A stretch of 63,249 bases of DNA, filler included, from Kipferlia bialata (taxonomy: Eukaryota), in NCBI GenBank assembly GCA_003568945.1. It is 5 parts of 4 records of this genome, joined end to end, with 100 filler letters (N's around TTAATTAATTAA, not from the genome) between each part and the next. Parts side by side here need not be neighbours in the genome. Positions count along the whole stretch, not along the records: positions 37,307 to 45,170 come from BDIP01000041.1; positions 45,271 to 54,855 come from BDIP01000042.1; 3 more parts are not named here. One strand, given 5' to 3'. A program made the translations under genes and the position numbers. Below, piece after piece: positions 39,567-52,421 of the stretch (position 1 is the stretch's first letter; the number at the start of each line of letters is the position of its first letter). The notes under the pieces were generated by a model that saw only the letters and a program-made list of their open reading frames with translations, was not told where the DNA came from and ran no database searches.

Positions 39567-41956
39567 ATGGGGATCCGTGGCTTCTTTGGCGCTCTCAACC
39601 GTGGTGGCCTCCTCCGGCAGACCCGTCTGTCGGAGTATGCCAACAGCACCTTGCTCATCGACACCTCTGCACTCAAGTTCTCCTTTGTGCCCCTGTTGGA
39701 TGCAGACCACAGGTGGAGTCCTGAGGATGTGGCCACACACCTCAGGGCCTTCTTCCAGTCCTTCAGGGAGGTGGTCTCTGTCAAGGATGGGGCCATTGGT
39801 GCCACCCAGGCCCAGCTCAAGGTGAGGTGGATAGTATTCTGTTTTGTGTTGATCTCACCGTGTTTCTAACCCCAGAAGCGCGCCGATCGCTTTGGGGGTC
39901 GCTATGACGACTCCAGGACTGCTGCTAGGGTGAGTGACTTGCGTCTATAACATCACCATTGTGGTCCGAATTGGTATTAATAGTGATATACCCTTTGAAG
40001 TTGACTGAATGTGATATATGCCCACCCCAGTGGCTGGTACACGGTGGACAGGAGGCCCCCAACTGCCTCCTGAGGGTACTGGACGATACTGTGCAGGCCA
40101 CTCTCGCAGGGTATGTTACTACACATTACTGGGATAGTAGTGCTGTGTCCCACAAATGTGTCTCCCCCTCACCCCCAGTGTGTGCGACCGCCACATCACT
40201 GCCGTGTCAGAGGCCGATGACGTCATCATGCAGATGGCCCTCGAGAACAGGAACTGCGTCATCCTCACAGGGGACACAGACTTCTGCAAGGTATGGCTCT
40301 CCCCCCAGTATTGACTCTGCCCTCTCCACCCCTTACTCTCTATGCCACCCCCAGATCCCTTGCACCATTGTCTGGGCCAAGCCCCTCTGGAGGACCCTGG
40401 ATGCCATTAGGAGGAACGGAGGTGCTCGCAGGAGGGCTGCCCTGGTGGAGACCACAGACACAAGGAGTGCAAAGGTATTGAGATATGACCATGCATCTGG
40501 TAGATCCCTAGGACTGACACTCTTGGTTATGCTCTAACACTTAGGTTGAGGACCTTCTCCGCAGCTTCCGTGAGCGCCGCATCTCCCATGTCCCAGTACC
40601 CCATGCTATGACACAGAGGTGTGACACATATTTACATACTATATGTTATGACACAGAGGTATGGATTCAGTCTCTCTCCCACCCTCCCCTCTCTCTTCCC
40701 CTAGGCACTGCGTGTCCAAGCGGCCCTTCCCCCCGTCCTTCATGGACCTGTGGAGACAGGGCGTCATGTCTGGGGGCCTAGCAGACAAGGCCGGCCAGGC
40801 ACTTTCGAGTGTCTCCCCATGCATCGAGCACTCCCACGTGTCCTCTCCTGGCAGGGCAGTGTCCATCCAGGCCGAGGTCTGCCTCGCAAACCTGGCACTC
40901 AGGTGTATATATATTGCAGTCACTTTGCACTGCTTGTGACTGAAGCCTCTGAACCTCTGACCCTCAGGTTCTCAGCCTCCTTCTCCCGTGACACTGTGGT
41001 TGTTGAGTCATACAGGGGCAGACAGCCAGTCAAGGTGTGTGGCTAGTACCCCTCGCATATGTGTTGACCCCTTCTCATGTCCCAGCTGACCTTCCCCCTC
41101 ACCGGCACTGTCACTCTCCCTGGTGGGTCTACCCTGCCTCTGCCCACATTCTCAGAGGTGTTCCCCCCCAACGGCCCTGCCAATGGGGCAGAGAGAGACC
41201 GCTTTGTGGCAGCGGCTGGCTTCAACACTACTGACACTGCCGTACTCACAGGGGACAGGCTGCATGTCCAGAGGTGCATGCTGCTCTCAGTCATCACCAG
41301 AGAGGTGCTGCTCGGTACGGGTATTGTGGGATTCGGTTCTGTTCTAAGCCAATAGTAGTCCCCTCATCCTCAGGTGTGATCCCTGCCCACCGTCTCCTGA
41401 CCCTGGCCCTTCTGCTGTGTGGGCCAGAGGCTGGGGTAGAGCTACCCAGGAGGACAAGGTATACACATGCACACACACACACGCTTATATTTATATCTCT
41501 ATATTTACATACACTCCCCTCACCCTCAGGGCACATCCAGATGACGGGGACACCTACGGTCTCCTCAACGCCTGTCTCCCCATTGTCAGGGACTACCTAT
41601 CCCTCGGACCGGACAGGTATATATCCATTGTACTAGCCCATCATGTTCTGTATACGTATATGTGTGTGGATGTTCCCCTGACCCCAGATACGTCCCTGCC
41701 CTGTTCCCCCTCTGTGACCACAGGAGGTGCATAGCCATGGCCGCAGAGGTGGGGCATTGTATGTATAGTGATGGAGTATCAGTGATGCTAGCTCCTCTCT
41801 GACAGCCAGGTACGCACTGAGTGTGCCCCCCTCGTGACCCCCCGTGTCTACTCTGCTGCCGACCTCCTTGGCGCCCTGCTAGGTGGGGTGGACACCATGG
41901 GAGGGCGCAGGGTGGTGGGAGAGGTCCTGATGGGTATCCCCCTCCTGCAGGAGTAA
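39567..41956 (+). CDS. Asteroid/FAM120-like XPG-family PIN-domain nuclease
   Basis: MGIRGFF N-terminus, LLIDTS, KDGA, AVSEADDVIMQMALENRNCVILTGDTDF: the acidic XPG-N/XPG-I motifs are present. About 13 exons; ends GIPLLQE* (TAA 41954-41956). Confidence 0.82.
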
Positions 41957-42545
41957 GAGAGTGAGCATAGACATGAGACTGTGCACAGGGACACTGTATG
42001 AGACTGTGCACAGGGACATGCAGTGGGAGAGGGACAGGGCTAGATAGGAGAGCTCAGGTGGCTGGTAGAGTGGCAAGAGGGGATTCTGAGGCCTTACTGA
42101 GGGAGAGAGGATTTGTGGAGGACTGTATAGGTGATACTGGCTCGTGGTGGCCTGTCATAGTGGCAGGGTATCATGATCAGTATGTGAGAACAACCTCCCT
42201 GAGTTGCAAGCAGTTGTTGCTGGGAAGGGTGTTTTCATGTTGTCTTATGTCAATAGAGGGCATGATGAGGAGGCTGCCTTGGGTCTCAGAATGGTAGCTA
42301 GATAGAGGACATACTTCAGTCATCCATGTAAATGAGAATGAACTCCTCTGTGCCCAGGATAGAACACGAAACACACACAGTAATGAATGAACCTGCGATC
42401 CAATCATTGACACTCCATACTCCAAACACCTCAGCCCCGCTCATAAATAAACAGTTTTCAACCGCGTTTCCGGGCAACTGCAATCCTGGAAGTGAGTCAT
42501 TGAATAATGAATACACTAAGTATACGCTCAGAGAAAATGTCTCCT

Positions 42546-42557
42546 NNNNNNNNNNNN
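42546..42557. other. Short scaffold gap with overlapping flanks
   Basis: 12 N; AATAATGAATACACTAAGTATACGCTCAGAGAAAATGTCTCCT on both sides. Confidence 0.9.
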
Positions 42558-43242
42558 AATAATGAATACACTAAGTATACGCTCAGAGAAAATGTCTCCT
42601 CAGTACATGCAATGGTCTCTTTGTTTCGCTAGAGTTAAGAGTACCAAAGCTAGGATAGGGATATTCTTCATCATTTGTGTCTAAAACACATATATCCTCT
42701 TTACCTCACATTGGAAGACAAAGAGAGAGCACTGGACCCACTCTCTTTCGACCTGTGTTTTGATATCGCAAACAAAAACAATGTTTATTGAGCATTTATC
42801 CAAGGTGAGAAAAGGGTTAATGTACATTAATACACTGGGACGATAGATCTAACTCTTCTCTTTGAGCTATCGACCCTCGGTATGTGTACTTCTATTGTTG
42901 TCTGTATTATGGAATCCAGTCTCTGCTTGTACTCACCCTCAGAAGCGTTGGGAGTATTAACTACTTACTGATACGACGTCAAAAGGAGTCGTATACTGGC
43001 CCATTATGGAGATGAGCTTCGCAAAGAGGCCTGGCCTTGGACTTGTCCTCGGCCTTTACTCCACTTGGTACATTCTTGTTTATTGAATCCTGGGCCGCAT
43101 TGTGGAAGACTTCCACTGAGGTGGCTTAGTAACGCAACAGACAATTTCAAATTGTCAATTTGTCAGTTGCCTTGTGACACAAAAACTCAAGAGAGAAGGG
43201 GTCAGCCGAGACTGAGCCTCCTTGCCTTTATAGTAGCCAAAT

Positions 43243-44370
43243 ATGGACTTCTGCGACATTTTTGGGAACTTATTGTGGTTTGTACGTGTTCATACCTGTA
43301 TATTGTGATGTTATGGAAGAATTTGTGGGTTTCAGTGTGGGATAGTCGGTCATATGATTTCTTTTGTGTTTATTGACGCCAGATTGTAGGAGGAGAGATC
43401 GTCTTCCTCTTCTACCTCCTTGCTGGTGCCGTACTATGCGTCACAATCATCGGAATTCCCTTTGGAATCCAGCTCTTCAAGGTACCCGGATTTTGTTTCT
43501 TCATGGTACCGGTAACATTTTTTGGTACTGGTCCTATTGCTTGTATCGTCTGTGTTCACCTGGTAATCGTGTACTGTGTGGTCGTGTTAGCGTCGCCAGT
43601 GTATATCAGAGGGTTTGTCGGGCGGTTGGTCCTTGGAGTCCACTATAGTGTGCTATTATTGGATATCGGTGCAGAGTGCACTATGGGATTATGAGCTGGT
43701 CTACCCCTGTGGAAATAGTATATGGGACCACTGCTTGTAGTCTTCTGTCGTGTTGTGTTTGGGTCTCATTTATGTGGCCATTCTGTCTCTCCTATGACAC
43801 CATTTCTATATGACTCAGGTTATGCATCTTATACCGGAAAGTGATATGAGCATTTGTATAACAGGTGTGTCTCTTCTACCTCCTCTGACCCCAGATCGCC
43901 ATGTACGCTGCCTTCCCCTTCGGCCGTGTGGTCAGAAGGAGGCCAGACGCCACTGAGATGGGTATGTGACTCAAGTGTCATTGTATTGTCTTCTCTCTCC
44001 TATACTCACACTCAGGCATTTGCGGAAACGTTGTCTGGATGATCCTGGCCGGATGGTTCATTGCCCTGGTCCACACACTCGTTGGATGCCTGTTTGCCAT
44101 CACAATCATCGGTACGACTCCTGTCTAGTATTGGGACACACCTGCTCTCTCTCACTCCAGGCTGGCCCTTTGCCTGTGGCCACTGGAGACTGGCCAGGCT
44201 TGCATTCATGCCCTTCAACCACATTGTGGAGACCAAGTACCAGGTTCGTACACCACCCTGTGTCCCTGCCACTATATCATTGTATAATATATACCCTCTC
44301 ACCCCCTCAGGCCCTTGCCATTGAGCAGGAGAAGAGGAGGAACTACTACCAGCCCATGGTTGTGTACTAG
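43243..44370 (+). CDS. yccF: YccF-type (inner membrane component domain, duplicated) membrane protein, 6 exons
   Basis: MDFCDIFGNLLWFIVGGEIVFLFYLLAGAVLCVTIIGIPFGIQLFKIAMYAAFPFGRVVRRRPDATEMGICGNVVWMILAGWFIALVHTLVGCLFAITIIGWPFACGHWRLARLAFMPFNHIVETKYQALAIEQEKRRNYYQPMVVY*. Two copies of the GNxxW..GG..TIIGIPF..K.A..PFG unit. Confidence 0.9.
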
Positions 44371-44639
44371 AGGGGCCCAGATATGCGGGATACCATACCA
44401 GGGTTGATATAGACCGGACCTCAGCACTTAGGTCCTGGTGACACCTCGTCTATGGGTGTGGGCCACTTTGAAGGCCCCACCCATTCACAATCATGACGAG
44501 AGTTTTATGTGTTTTGAGTAAATGTACGATATGTGTTGCTTCTGTGCCAGGAGGTGTGTGAATCTCTCTTCTTGGGATCAGAACGGACCATAAGGGCTTT
44601 GATAGAAGATATCATGTTGACGCTAAAACCGCACCGAAT

Positions 44640-44992
44640 TTAGTAAATTTGAAATTCACCAATTTTTCTGATTTTTGTGCTGCTCAGGTCATGAATCACT
44701 CTGTCTTCCTGAGAGGTCAGCATCGTCCCTGTGGCTGATATAGGCTGCCTGCAGGGGTCACACAGTGACTACAGGATAGTACCTTCTGGTGGAAGCGCAG
44801 AGGGAGATCCCCGGCAGTTGGAGACTAGTACAGTCAGCTGTGTTTGGTATATAGAGGGAGTGGACAGAGAGTGGCCACCGTCCATCAGTGCCCTTAGGCC
44901 AGGCTGCCATGTACGTGAGCCCCTCGACCAAGCTGATCAATGATCCGATGAACCACAGCCCCATGAGGATGGTGCCCAGTGCCAGTAGCAGG
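44640..44992 (-). CDS. 3' part of a membrane protein gene (5' end lost at poly-C/linker)
   Basis: Exon LLLALGTILMGLWFIGSLISLVEGLTYMAAWPKGTDGR plus two further candidate exons. Hydrophobic and vaguely TM2-like; the stop position is uncertain. Confidence 0.4.
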
Positions 44993-45113
44993 CTGTATAG
45001 GTATTGGTACCGATGTGTATGGATGTGACATCCTGTTGGCTCAGTAGTGTTGACCCTGTATTCTGCATACACTGTGTGTCCAGCTATGCTACTACTGGAT
45101 ATGAGGTGTGTAC

Positions 45114-45150
<37 letters not shown>

Positions 45151-45170
45151 ACCCCCCCCCCCCCCCCCCC

Positions 45171-45270
45171 NNNNNNNNNNNNNNNNNNNNNNNNNNNNNN
45201 NNNNNNNNNNNNNNTTAATTAATTAANNNNNNNNNNNNNNNNNNNNNNNNNNNNNNNNNNNNNNNNNNNN
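45171..45270. other. Artificial assembly linker
   Basis: 44 N + TTAATTAATTAA + 44 N. Confidence 0.97.
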
Positions 45271-45303
45271 TATATATCCACACTGTATACATATGATACG
45301 TAC

Positions 45304-46137
45304 CGACTGCCCTTGTGGGTAGGTACGGGTGGCCATCTGGGTCGCGTCTGGCTGGGGGGTGAGACAGACAATGAAGACATGGAATTATAAATCAGACTTG
45401 GACTTGTCTCACTGAATCAAAATGCAAGATGTACAATCAAGACAGGAATCCACACATATTTACACACATAATTGTATCCAATACCTGGCTTCCACTTGTT
45501 TGCACCCACTATGACGTCTGTCACAAGGGGGGGGAGGACAGCAGACATGTGGACTGGAGTAAGGTATGACCACACTATCAATACAATACTATTGTTCTAC
45601 TAAATGTATATGAATAAATACATAGATATGACGTCTGTCACAAGGGGGGGGAGAACAGCAGACATGTGGACTGGAAGTGAGATAGAGCAATATATGTATA
45701 TCATACACAATCAATACACGCACGCGACAAGTATTTACAGATATTGATCTAATACAGACATGTACCCATTACACATACATGAATTATACATACGATATCT
45801 GTCAGAAGAGGTCAAAGGAGTCAAAATATATATCCACATACATCAAAGAATACCTGGCAGGAGACCATACAATGCCTTGAGTGCGGCAGGTGCAGTGGGG
45901 TATATGCATATATAAGCTATGTTTCACATATACATATGAATATATATATACATATGAATATATATATATATACCTGGAAGAAGGCCATAGAGTGCCTTGA
46001 GTGCGGCAGGAGCCGTGGGGGGAAGTGGGTTCACAGGGTTGTGCTGAGGTGAGGGGTATTATGGATAGACATATTAATTGACATATACACATATATACTC
46101 AGGTTCACAGGGTTGTGCTGGGGGTTATATACAGAAG

Positions 46138-46174
<37 letters not shown>

Positions 46175-46211
46175 ATATACATACCGCCGATATCTGGGGT
46201 TGTATATGTGA

Positions 46212-46246
<35 letters not shown>

Positions 46247-47545
46247 GAGAGAGAGAGAGAGAGAGGGAGAGAGAGAGAGAGAGAGAGAAAGAGCCATACC
46301 GCCGATATCTGGGCCCCGCCTCTGGGGTTGGTGACTGAGTCACTCACAACGTCATATACTGGGGTTAAGATATATATATATATATATATATGGAGTTATT
46401 ACTACGTAGGTATAATATATATATAGTATATATATATATATATATATATGAATATGGTTGGTGACTGAGTCACTCACAACGTCATAGACTGGGGGTAAAA
46501 GAGAGAGATTTTAGTAATGTATATATATTATGTATATAATTAATATATATATATATATATACTAATATTGTTGGTGACTGAGTCACTCACAACGTCATAG
46601 ACTGGGGGTTAGAAGGGGGATATATAGTTAAACATATGAGGGAGATATGCAGACAAGTATACATACATATAAATATATATATATATAGTTGGTGACGGAG
46701 TCACTCACAACGTCATAGACTGCTGTTAAGAAGGGGATAAAAATACATACATATCAAAATGTAATCCATTCAAATACTCATTGAAAAGGTCACTTAGAAT
46801 TAATGTATATTCATATATATATGTTTATGCAATACATACCAGGCAGGCGTGAGAAATCTGGCTTGATCAACTGACACTTGCTCTAAAATATTGTAAACAA
46901 ATATAAGTAGCTCTATCATTATATATACAATACCGTACCAGGAAGGCGTGGGAAGTCTGGCCTAGTGAATACTGACACTCATATACACTATTATAATGAA
47001 TATAATATTTATACAATACTACCATTATATATATGTAATACATACCAGGTAGGCGTGGGAAGTCTGGCTTTGTGATCCTCTCTGCCCTCAGCTTGCCCGC
47101 TGGGTCGGAGATGGGGACCCTAGGGGTGAGAATAGAAGGTAACCTACATATGTGTATATATACTCACATGAATATATTGATATATATGTAAATGATGAGT
47201 CTGCCAGCTGGGTCGGAGATGGGGACCCTGTAATTAGTACTTGTTCGTATGTATATGAATTTATCCATATCTATGGATTGAGTCTGCCGACTGGGTCGGA
47301 GCCTACCATATGCAAATAGTGCTAGTACATATATATATACTAATAACCCTATATACTGATACACACCTTGCCAGGAACCCGACTGTCTCGTCCTCGCCAG
47401 TCATGGAGGGGAGGGACTGGACACCCCTGGGTGTAAATGTGTATATATAAGAATACATATATATACGAAGAGAGAGAGAGAGAGAGAAAGAGAGAGTATA
47501 CAGATAGCTGTCATGGAGGGGAGGGACTGCACACCCCTGAGGTTA

Positions 47546-47580
<35 letters not shown>

Positions 47581-47669
47581 GAGTGAGAGAGAGAGAGAGA
47601 AAGAGTATATCTGGTTGTCATGGAGGGGAGGGACTGGACACCCCTAGATGTTAGTATACGTATATATAT

Positions 47670-47714
<45 letters not shown>

Positions 47715-48348
47715 AAGAGAGAGAGAGAAAGAGTATACTGGTTGTCATGGATGGCAGGGACTGGACACCTCTAGGGGTTACTATATATATATATACATAC
47801 ATACAGGGATATAAACCATATTGGCAGTCTTGGAGGGGAAATACTGGTGAATATGCAAATGTGATGTGCTTCACAAACTTTCGTCTAATATACATATGTG
47901 CCTATATATGTATGTATATAATAGTATACCTCATTGCTATGCAGCTCTGGAGGGCAGGGGCAAGGGGCACAAGGTCTCTGGGGGTCAGTGTGGATACAAG
48001 TAGACACACCAAAACACAGATATAGTACAAAACACAGATATAGAATAGATATGTAACATAAATGTGTGTAGGGGCTGTTCTAATTTATATAGTTATAAAT
48101 AGAAACAAATCATGTAGAATGTATATATACCTGTAACTGTGTCTCAGTAGCACCCCCTCGGCTGGGGAGGCATCAGGCAGGGGCTGGGACTCGGTTCTGA
48201 TGTTAGTACATGTCATTAGTACATATATTGCATATTGAAGGAGTTAGAGAGAGAGAGAGAGGCATCGTGGAGGGGCTGGGACTCGGTTCTGATATGTAAG
48301 TATGATATCTTACACACGTAGATGTATGGAGAGAGAGAAAATAGAAAG

Positions 48349-48395
<47 letters not shown>

Positions 48396-51300
48396 CAGGC
48401 AGGGGCTGGGACTCGGTTCTGAAGGGTTAGTGTCTCAATACACTCAGAGACACTATAGCAGAGATAGAGTAAGCCCTGGATATACCTCTTTCCGCTCTCT
48501 ATCTGCAGTGACACCAGGTACTGGTTCCATGTGTCAGAGTCCGAGTGGCTGTCCTTGCATCTGAGGGGTAAGAAATACATATATACATATAAAAACATAT
48601 TAATGCATATATATATATATATATTATCATCAGTATCAGTGGCTGTCCTTGCACCTGGAGGAAAGGAGAACGTCATATATCACTATTACTAACAACTACA
48701 TGTGGCAACCATGCAGCGACACCCCACATATTGCAACTATCTCTCTCTCTCTCTATACCAATATATATACATATATATTGGCTGTCCTTACATCTGGAGT
48801 TAGTAATAAATATATATATTAATGTATATGGTTATATAACATTGAGCAGGTAGTGTGTGTGTTCCATGTGTCAGAGTCTGAGTGGCTGTCTTCACATCTG
48901 GTGACGAGACGTATAAGGAGTACAGAAAGCATTAACGTTGTATACTAACACAAATACATGTATTCCGATACCTGTTGATGACATCCACCATGCCAGTCCG
49001 AATGAGAATAATATACACTATATATATATATGAGTATATACTATGCATACTATTTATATGCATGATATATGTGTACATAAATATATATACACACCTGTTG
49101 ATGACATCCACCATGCCTGTCAATGTATTAGTACTACACACTATGAAATGCATTCTATACATATACATTATACAACTACTCTGTATCTATATGTATCCCA
49201 TACCTGTTGATGACATCCACCTTACCGGTCTCATCACCCATCTCGGACAGGAACCTGGCAATAAGGGTGTAGCGGGAGAGAGAGAGAGAGAGTACATACT
49301 AATCCTTATAACTTGATCACCTTCGCGAAGGGTGTAAATTAGGGTGTTGGCAGAGAGAAAGAGAGAGGGGGAACATACTAACCTGACATACTCTGCGAGC
49401 AGCTCTGCATTGGTGGGGTTGGCACGGATGCCAGACTCAAACCTGAGACGTGAGTGTATATATAGATGATACACATAGATGACACATATAGATGATACAT
49501 ATAGATGATACATATAAATAATATACAAAATAAATGTGTGTGTGGTGGTGGGGGGGGAGGGGGTTGGCACGGATGCCAGACTCAAACCTAGGGGGTTATC
49601 CACTCACAAACATCGTCAAACATAGACTCCTGTACATAGGTATACCTGTCAATAGCGTTCTGCCTTGCTGTGCCTGACCTGCCCATCCGGTGGTATATAT
49701 ACATACTAATATATCCAATATACTATATATATATATATATATATATATTATACCTGTTGATAGCATTCTGCCTTGCTGTGCCTGACCGACCCATCCCGTG
49801 GTACTCGAGTCTGGCCACAATGGCATAGAGGACAGACGGGACAGAGGGAGAGCCTATAGTGAGACATATGATATATGTATATATATATATATAGTACATG
49901 TATAGGGTATCTAGTCTGGCCACAATGGCATAAAGCACAGAGGGGACAGAGGGGGAGCCTAGGGTTATAAATATATATAAATACATATATATAGAGAGAG
50001 ATGTATATATACAATGGCATAGAGGACAGAGGGGACAGAGGGAGAGCCTATGGTTAGGTATACATATATGCATGTAGAGAGTACAAACATGGGTAGTGTA
50101 TATAATCTAGACACATTGTAGAGCTTGTAACACACCTAGAATCTTACTGGGATCGTCGCATGCCAGCTCAAATGCCGAAAGGGCATCAGCCACTGAACGG
50201 GTGCGGGAGACATACTTCATGTACTCACTACAGTTAGAGAGACAGAGAGAGGGATAGAGAGAGAGGGCATCAGCCACTGAACGTGTTCTTGACACGTACT
50301 TCATGTACTCACTATAGTTAGATAGAGAGAGAGAGAGAGGGAGAGAGAGAGAGCGAGAAAGAGAGAGATGGGAAATAAACGCATTAGCCACTGAACGGGT
50401 GCGGGAGACATACTTCATGTACTCGCTGAGAATGAGTGGGAGAGAGCGTACCAGAATAGGAAGAGAGACAAACACACACACATACACACACATACACACA
50501 GTACCTGAAGAGTGCTGGGCTGGGTGCGGATACAATAAGCACATGCTTGTAATATATAGATAGTACATGGAACACATGAGAGAAAGATTACCTGAATAGA
50601 GCTGGGCTGGGTGCCGATATGAGTGCCCTTCTGTAGACGGCATCGGCCAGGTGGCGCTTGTTGTTCTAGTTGTTAGATTGAGAATAGATTCAATACTACC
50701 AATGATTGGAATCCATTTAGACAATAACCCATGTCAACGCATATTATACTGGTATATATACCTCCTCGTATCTGTCTGCCAGACACATGTATAGCAGGGC
50801 ATATCGATAGTATTAAATACAGTTAGTAAACACATATATTCAAATATTTGCATATACATATATATATATACTGTACCTCCTCGTATCTGTCTGCCAGACA
50901 CATGTAGAGCAGGGCACACTTGGGACAGGCCAGGATGCCCCTCTGGAGCAGACCTGGAAGTCAATATATATATATTTATATTATATATTTATATTTATAT
51001 TATATATTTATATTTATATTATATATATATATTTTTCTATATCTCGGTATATATATAGATATTCTACATTGGGACAGGCCAGGATGCCCCTCTGTGAGTA
51101 TAAGATACATATATACTAGGTCCACACTAAATATTAATGCATATATATGTGTGTATCTATATATATTGGGACAGGCCAGGATGCCCTTTTGCAGAAGGCC
51201 TAGGGATGAGTATATATAACAATATTCATACATATCATATATATGTATCCCTCTCTCACTCTTTGAATATATATATAAAGTACTATACACACCTATTGCA

Positions 51301-51941
51301 ATCTCCTTGCCAGTCAGTGCCCCGTATGCCATGTCGTGCTTCAGCATGGTGCGAGACATGATAGTTCTAGAGGTAAGGGTAGATAGATATATATATAGAG
51401 AGAGAGAGATACTAAGATAGAGAGTGAGTGAATGGTGCGGGACACAATGGTCCTAGAGATCATGCATAGAGCCACAAAGAGTATGTAAAGGAGGGAGAGA
51501 GACAGCAAACATAGTCAGTACTCATATAATGCAATATATATATTTATATACCTTGCCCCCGACATGACCTCCGCTGCCTCGATCCACAGGTCGGGCCAGT
51601 GCCTGGGGTAAAAAGACATAGGTAATACGATTATAAATTCGCCATATGAATACGAAGATAGAGCGAGTATATACATATGTATGTATGAGTTATCAAAGCC
51701 AGAATACTATTTGGAATACAAATATCTGTATATATCCGTATATGTACATGAAATAGAGAGTACCTCAGGTGCAGCAGAACATGCTCATACACAAAAATAA
51801 CGAGATTACCAATATATGTACAAATACATTACTACATAGATTCATAGTCAGAATAGAAGAGAGAAAGTACCTCAGGTGCAGCAGTACTTGCTCATTGACA
51901 TCAAACACACAATAGTAGTTGGAATACATAAGAATATACTA

Positions 51942-51978
<37 letters not shown>

Positions 51979-52307
51979 TGTATGTATACCTCAGGTGCAG
52001 CAGTGCCTGCTCGTACACAAACAATAGTCTGTTGGCAGCGAGACCAGCGTCAAGCTGCATGGAGTCGCCTAAAGTCAATTGAGAGTCAGGAATAGTCACA
52101 AATAGTCGGACGGATCTCCAATTTGTTGTGAATAATATGAATACTGTGGTACGTACCGAGCAGTCTCTCAAAGTCAATGACTTCAGTCAATACAAGATAT
52201 ATATATATACATATAAGATACATAGAGTGACCCAGTTAATTGAGTGACTTACACGTACCGAGTAGTCTCTCAAAGTCAATGACGTCCTTCCAGAGGGCCA
52301 TCTGAAC
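45304..52307 (-). CDS. CSTF3: Mirror copy of CstF-77 exons 23076-30079
   Basis: Reverse complement of the + strand copy, inside the duplicated contig. Confidence 0.7.
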
Positions 52308-52353
52308 CTGAGGTTACCAGACCGATGATGAACGGGGGGGGGGGGGGGGGGAA

Positions 52354-52401
<48 letters not shown>

Positions 52402-52421
52402 GTATCCACATAACACCCCAC

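Noticed and set aside
41972..42520. Possible small gene and 25-bp-period duplication downstream of the PIN nuclease
   Set aside because: No consistent exon structure or recognisable protein; the duplication looks like simple slippage in a 3' region.
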